NCBI GenBank assembly: GCA_947586255.1
Contig: CANPXP010000005.1
Coordinates: 4,914 to 68,913, forward strand
Reading direction: 5' to 3'
Source of the DNA: an uncultured Lachnospiraceae bacterium
GTDB taxonomy: Bacteria; Bacillota; Clostridia; Lachnospirales; Lachnospiraceae
Length of the DNA: 64,000 nt
Below, one piece after another: positions 58,889 to 64,000 of this stretch. The notes under the pieces are model-generated. The model searched no databases and was not told the origin of the DNA. It was given only the letters and a program-made list of their open reading frames with translations. The position numbers and the translations under genes are program-made. The stretch's first letter is position 1, and each line of letters begins with the position of its first letter.

Positions 58889-59311
58889 GTGGATTATGAA
58901 ACGGTAAATACCGACGGCGAAGCGATTGTCGCGGACGGCGCCGGTGCGGAGAATGAGAACGAAGAGAATGATGCCCGGATCGAGGCGGAGACGCCGGGAG
59001 AGCGGAAGGCCAGAGAGGAACGGGAGGCAAGAGAGCGGAAACTGCGAGCCAAAAGGCGAAGATTGATTCCGCCCTTTGTCATGCTCTCGGCGGGCGCCGT
59101 CACGAGCATCACCATGCGGATTCTGCACTATGAGACGAAGACGATGCTGATCATTCTGCTGTGCGTGCTGGTCGGTTTCTATGCGGCCGGCAGCGTGATC
59201 AAGTATATGCTCGATAAGTTCGAGGAGCAGATTGAAGCGGCCAATATGGAAGAGGGCGAAGTCATAGAGAAGGATCTCGCGGAGGAAGACGGCGCAAGAA
59301 GCAGGGCATAA
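58889..59311 (+). CDS. hypothetical membrane protein
   Basis: Two TM segments; fills the cheD-fliA gap in operon orientation. Confidence 0.7.
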   Translation: MDYETVNTDGEAIVADGAGAENENEENDARIEAETPGERKAREEREARERKLRAKRRRLIPPFVMLSAGAVTSITMRILHYETKTMLIILLCVLVGFYAAGSVIKYMLDKFEEQIEAANMEEGEVIEKDLAEEDGARSRA

Positions 59312-59349
59312 GCGTTCACAAACTTGGTAAAGGATAGGCAGAGACGCAT

Positions 59350-60132
59350 ATGGACGAGACAGGCAGGAAAAAGCTCTGGGAAGAATATGCGAAGACCAGA
59401 TCCCCGGAGATTAGAGAAAAGATCATATTGGAGTATGCGCCGTTGGTCAAGGTGGTAGCGGGCAGACTGAGCATGTATCTCGGGTACAATGTGGAGTATG
59501 AGGACCTGGTGAGTTACGGCGTCTTCGGGCTGATCGACGCGATCGACAAATTTGATTTCCTGAAGGACGTCAAGTTTGAGACCTATGCCAGCCTCAGAAT
59601 ACGCGGCGCGATCCTGGATCAGATCCGCAAGATGGACTGGATTCCGCGGACGATCAGGCAGAAGCAGAAGAAGATCGACGCTGTCATCAGGGATATAGAG
59701 ACCCGGTGCGGCAGGAACGCCACGGACGACGAGATCGCCGAGGGGCTGGGTATCTCGGGGGAAGAATATCTGGACTGGCAGTCCCAGATGAAGGTTACGA
59801 ACGTAGTGTCGCTCAATGAGTTCCTGGAGCAGGGCAGCGAGGTGCCCAACGAGGCGTCGCGTACCAAGAGCGAGCAGTTTGACAGTCCCGAGGAGGTTCT
59901 GGAGCGCGACGAGCTGAAGAAGAAGCTGGCGGAGTCTCTGGAGGTCCTGACGGAGAAGGAGCGCAAGGTCATCGTGCTCTACTATTATGAGGAGCTTACA
60001 CTGAAGGAGATCAGCAGCATACTCGAGGTGTCGGAGTCCAGGATATCTCAGCTGCACACCAGGGCGCTGCAGAAGATGAAAGCAAAGCTGGGCAGCTACA
60101 TCGGCATATTGACGGATGCGGGCAGCAGGTAG
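59350..60132 (+). CDS. fliA: sigma-28 factor FliA/SigD
   Basis: FETYASLRIRGAILD..RKMDW, VSESRISQLH. Confidence 0.95.
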   Translation: MDETGRKKLWEEYAKTRSPEIREKIILEYAPLVKVVAGRLSMYLGYNVEYEDLVSYGVFGLIDAIDKFDFLKDVKFETYASLRIRGAILDQIRKMDWIPRTIRQKQKKIDAVIRDIETRCGRNATDDEIAEGLGISGEEYLDWQSQMKVTNVVSLNEFLEQGSEVPNEASRTKSEQFDSPEEVLERDELKKKLAESLEVLTEKERKVIVLYYYEELTLKEISSILEVSESRISQLHTRALQKMKAKLGSYIGILTDAGSR

Positions 60133-60137
60133 GGATT

Positions 60138-61733
60138 ATGGGGAAAAACGGATATTTCAGATTGATCAACGGGGAGAATCAGACGGGCATACGGCTCATA
60201 CCGCCGAAGGAGGGCGGCAGGCCGCTTGACATAAACGACGTCATCGAATATATGACGATGAAGGACTACGCGTGCGACCTCCCGACGCTCAGACGCGCGG
60301 TGGAGGCGTCCGCCAAAGAGGAGACGACGCTGGTCCTGGACCGGCATAAAAGATTCCCGGAGAGGGAATGTTATAAACTGACGGTCGCGCCCGACAAGAT
60401 GCGGGCGAGCGCCAGGTTCTACGCGGCGTCCGAGGGCGCGGAGGACATGACTGCGGACGAGATTATGAAGGACCTGGAGGCGCAGGGCATCGTCTGCGGC
60501 GTGAAGCGGGACGCGATCGAGGCTTATGTACAGAACCGGGAGTACTGCGAGGATATTCTGCTGGCGGAGGGAGAACCCGCCGTTCAGGGAAAGGACGCCT
60601 GGATCGAATACGAATTCAATACCGACAAGAAGGCAAAGCCCACATTGAAGGAAGACGGCAGCGTGGATTTCTTTCATCTGAACATACTGAACCACTGCGC
60701 CAAAGGCGATCTTCTGGCGGTTCTGCATCCCGAGGAGAAGGGCGTGGACGGAAAAAATATTTTCGGCGAACGCTTAAGACCCGCCGACGTGAAGAAGCTG
60801 TCGTTCAAGTACGGGCAGAATATCGAGCTGTCGGAGGACGGCATGACGCTCACATCGCTGGTGGACGGTCATGTGGAGCTCGTCGAGGGGCAGGTCTTTG
60901 TCTCGGATATGCTGATTGTGGAGAATGTGGACAATTCCACCGGCAATATCGAGTATGAGGGAAGCGTGCAGGTCAACGGCAATGTGTCCACCAACTTTTC
61001 CGTCAAGGCGCACGGGGATATTATCGTCAAGGGCGTTGTGGAAGGCGCCAGCCTGGAGGCGGACGGCAATATCGTCATCGCCAGAGGCATGAACGGCATG
61101 GGAAAGGGCAGTCTGTACGCCAGGGGCAATATCATCTCCAAATTTCTGGAGAACGCCACGGCGCAGGCGGAGGGCTATGTGGCCTCCGAGTCCATTCTGC
61201 ACAGTAAGATCATGGCCGGCGGCGAGGTGAACGTGGACGGCAAGCGCGGGTTCATCACCGGCGGCAGGGTGAGCGCGGCAGGCGGCATCAATGTCAAGAC
61301 GCTGGGTTCCGAGATGGGCGCGGACACCGTCGTGGAGGTGGGCGCGGACCCGAAGGTCAAAAATCGTATCGCGCAGCTGCAGAAGCTGATCGAGGAGGAT
61401 ACGAAGGCGCTCCGCACCATACAGCCGGTCCTGACCGCGACGACGCAGAAACTCAGCCAGGGCGTCAAGCTGGGGACCGACCAGCTGAAGCAGGTGTATG
61501 CGCTGAATCAGACGGCGCAGAAGAAGAGCGCCGCTCTCAAGGCAAATCAGGAGGAACTGGCGGAGCTGACGGAGCAGACCGGCAGTTCGACGGAGTCGCA
61601 GGTCAAGGTGCGCGGCATGGTGTACCCCGGCACGAAGATCTGCATCGACGACGTCTCGATGACCGTACAGAAAAGCGCGCACTACTGCCGTTTCGTCAAG
61701 GAGCGCGGCGATGTGAAGATGGCGCCGCTGTAG
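60138..61733 (+). CDS. DUF342/FapA family protein
   Basis: DGSVDF, VDNSTGNI beta-helix repeats; follows fliA. Confidence 0.88.
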   Translation: MGKNGYFRLINGENQTGIRLIPPKEGGRPLDINDVIEYMTMKDYACDLPTLRRAVEASAKEETTLVLDRHKRFPERECYKLTVAPDKMRASARFYAASEGAEDMTADEIMKDLEAQGIVCGVKRDAIEAYVQNREYCEDILLAEGEPAVQGKDAWIEYEFNTDKKAKPTLKEDGSVDFFHLNILNHCAKGDLLAVLHPEEKGVDGKNIFGERLRPADVKKLSFKYGQNIELSEDGMTLTSLVDGHVELVEGQVFVSDMLIVENVDNSTGNIEYEGSVQVNGNVSTNFSVKAHGDIIVKGVVEGASLEADGNIVIARGMNGMGKGSLYARGNIISKFLENATAQAEGYVASESILHSKIMAGGEVNVDGKRGFITGGRVSAAGGINVKTLGSEMGADTVVEVGADPKVKNRIAQLQKLIEEDTKALRTIQPVLTATTQKLSQGVKLGTDQLKQVYALNQTAQKKSAALKANQEELAELTEQTGSSTESQVKVRGMVYPGTKICIDDVSMTVQKSAHYCRFVKERGDVKMAPL

Positions 61734-61761
61734 GGCGCATCATATATGGAGGTGTGGCATA

Positions 61762-62079
61762 ATGGCGATAGGATTTGTGGAAATGCAGGGACAGATCACG
61801 CGGGCTCAGGATTTCACCACGATCAAGCACAACGAGGACACGAAGGGCATGGTCGAGCAGGCGAATTTCGGGCAGCAGATGACGAAGCAGGTCGAGCGCC
61901 AGGTCAACCGGGTCAACGAGGGAAAGCAGCCGGAGTATCAGGAGCGCAAATTCGACGCCAAGGACAAGGGCGACAACGAGTACGGCGGCGACGGCGGCAG
62001 ATCCAGAAAGAAAAAGCCGGGTGAGAACCCCGACGGCAAGGTGCTTATGAAAAAGGGAAACTTTGATTTCTCCGTATAG
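61762..62079 (+). CDS. conserved hypothetical protein
   Basis: GGAGG RBS; operon position. Confidence 0.7.
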   Translation: MAIGFVEMQGQITRAQDFTTIKHNEDTKGMVEQANFGQQMTKQVERQVNRVNEGKQPEYQERKFDAKDKGDNEYGGDGGRSRKKKPGENPDGKVLMKKGNFDFSV

Positions 62080-62120
62080 CGGAAGCGCGGCCGGGCGAAA
62101 CAGGGAAGGAACAGACGAAG

Positions 62121-63278
62121 ATGAGTGCAACGGAGATCATTCTCATTGTGATCGGTATAGTGTTCTTCCTGCTGGGGTATTTTATGCCTGCACGGAAGAA
62201 GGATACAGATGAGGAAGTACAGCTGATCAGTGAGGACGAGGTCAGAAGAATGGTTTCCTCCGAGGTGGAGCACGTCAAGGACAAGATCGAGGATATCGTG
62301 GACGAGACGGTCAATTACTCGATCGAGCGGGCGGAGCGGGCTATGGAGCGCGTGACGAACGAGAAGATCATGGCGGTCAACGAGTATTCGGACACCGTGC
62401 TGGAGGAGATTAACAAGAATCATAAGGAAGTCGTATTTCTGTATGATATGCTGAACGACAAGCACGATACGCTGGTGAGTACTGTGAGCGAGGCGACGGC
62501 TTTGGCGGATGAGATACGGCAGACGGCGAAGGATGCGGAGCTTACGGCGGCCGAGGCAGCCGATAAGATCGACGCGGTGCTGCAGGCGGCCGACGATGCG
62601 GCGGATATCATCAAAGATGCGGAGGACGCGGCCGCGCAGGCGCAGAACGTTATGCGTTCCGTCGCGCAGTCGGTGGGAGGCGCAGCGAGGGACACGGCGG
62701 TGCTTCAGGGTGCGTTGCCCCTCCATGAGGACGCCGGTCAGACGCCGGAGGAAGAGCCGCAGCCGGCGGTTGTGGTGCAGGATGCGGAGCCCGTTCTGGT
62801 GCAGGAAGCCGACATTATCAGAGACGTCTCGGCGCGAGAGATTGACGCTGCGGAGAGCGGAGCACCGGACGACATGCGGGATCAGGACGCGGCTGAAACG
62901 GAGGACGAGCCGGATTTTGCGCCCATCAGACCGAGGCGGGTGGAGATCGTCCATCAACCGGATGCGGACTATGTGGCGGAGGACATGTCCACGAGCGAGG
63001 CGTTTGCAAGTATGGGATTCTTTGCGCAGAGGTCGGATACGCCGGCAGAGCCCTCGAGAAGAGGCAGGGCGAGGAGAAGTTCCAGAAAGGAGCGCGCGCA
63101 GGAGGGCGGCTCCTCCGTCGACATACAGTTTGCGCAGGAGGACAGCAACGGGCGCAACAGCAATGACAGGATACTGGAGCTGCACAAGGCCGGCAAGTCC
63201 AACATGGCGATCGCCAAGGAGCTGGGGCTGGGCCTGGGCGAAGTGAAACTGGTCATAGATCTGTTTGAGGGTATGTAG
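62121..63278 (+). CDS. DUF6115-like membrane-anchored protein with C-terminal HTH
   Basis: N-terminal TM, coiled coil, IAKELGLGLGEVKLVIDL. Confidence 0.75.
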   Translation: MSATEIILIVIGIVFFLLGYFMPARKKDTDEEVQLISEDEVRRMVSSEVEHVKDKIEDIVDETVNYSIERAERAMERVTNEKIMAVNEYSDTVLEEINKNHKEVVFLYDMLNDKHDTLVSTVSEATALADEIRQTAKDAELTAAEAADKIDAVLQAADDAADIIKDAEDAAAQAQNVMRSVAQSVGGAARDTAVLQGALPLHEDAGQTPEEEPQPAVVVQDAEPVLVQEADIIRDVSAREIDAAESGAPDDMRDQDAAETEDEPDFAPIRPRRVEIVHQPDADYVAEDMSTSEAFASMGFFAQRSDTPAEPSRRGRARRSSRKERAQEGGSSVDIQFAQEDSNGRNSNDRILELHKAGKSNMAIAKELGLGLGEVKLVIDLFEGM

Positions 63279-63309
63279 ACGGGCGAAGACCGGATAAGGG
63301 TGACGAACG

Positions 63310-64000
63310 ATGGAACGGAAATATTATTTGCGCGGTCTGGGACTCGGCATTATAATAACGGCAGTTATTATGGGCGTGGCGCTGTCCGGGCGCAGGACGA
63401 TGACGGACGACGAGATTATCGCCAGAGCCAGGGAACTGGGCATGGTGGAGAATACGGTGCTGGCGGACACGGAGGATCTGGCGGCGGAGAGCGCCGGCGC
63501 GGAGGACGAGGGCGGTCTGCCGGTGAAGGGAACGGAGGCGGAGACTGATGAATCGGGTCAGGAACAGACGGGGAAGAGCGAGTCTGCCGGCGAGCGGGAG
63601 GATATGGATGTTGGAGCCGGGGAGAACGCCGAGGAAGAAGACGGAGCTGCGGTGTCTGAGGATGCTGGACTTAAAGAGTCTGTGGAAGTCGTACCGGGCG
63701 ACCAGTACGCGACGCCGGGGCCGCCACAGGCAGAGGTTCCGGTCGTGGATGCGGATACATCATCCGGCGATCTGGCGGAGGATGCCGGAGCTGCACAGGA
63801 GACGTCTGACGCCGCTGCGGGCGAGGAGATGGTGATCACCATCAACAGCGGCGACGGCTCCTACACGGTAGCCAAGAAGCTGGCCGCGGCGGGCGTGGTG
63901 ACTTCCGCGGAGAATTTCGACACATTCCTGTGCGAGAACGGCTATGACAAGCGGCTTCGCACGGGAGAGTTCTCGATCCCGGCGGACGCCGGCGACGAGC
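63310..64000 (+). CDS. membrane-anchored protein with YceG/MltG-like domain (runs off the window)
   Basis: MERKYYLRGLGLGII... open to the window end; ITINSGDGSYTVAKKLAAAGVV..F..FL....YDKRLRTGEF. Confidence 0.7.
   Translation, partial: MERKYYLRGLGLGIIITAVIMGVALSGRRTMTDDEIIARARELGMVENTVLADTEDLAAESAGAEDEGGLPVKGTEAETDESGQEQTGKSESAGEREDMDVGAGENAEEEDGAAVSEDAGLKESVEVVPGDQYATPGPPQAEVPVVDADTSSGDLAEDAGAAQETSDAAAGEEMVITINSGDGSYTVAKKLAAAGVVTSAENFDTFLCENGYDKRLRTGEFSIPADAGDE

Overview
Chromosomal window from a motile Firmicute. Gene content and order point to Lachnospiraceae/Clostridia (inference). All credible genes are on the + strand. (1) 1-4.7 kb: three Rpn-family (PD-(D/E)XK) gene copies or fragments with shared leader and tail repeats. 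They flank a small zeta-toxin-like pair, a type IV major pilin and a ~560-nt densely structured non-coding tract. (2) 4.7-23.7 kb: type IV pilus accessory operon (pilD, pilM-N fusion, pilO, four pilin-like proteins, a 1950-aa surface protein), interrupted by a Schlafen/AlbA_2-ATPase gene. (3) 23.67-24.47 kb: a self-contained cassette of promoter, ~120-nt RNA (predicted kink-turn plus kissing loop), terminator and a PBECR4-like nuclease gene. This is the best candidate for an uncharacterised RNA-antitoxin (type III-like) system. (4) topA and codY, then a long flgB-to-fliA flagellar/chemotaxis cluster running to the window end. Family assignments come from recognised motifs and synteny, and RNA pairings were worked out by hand. 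No database search or folding program was run.
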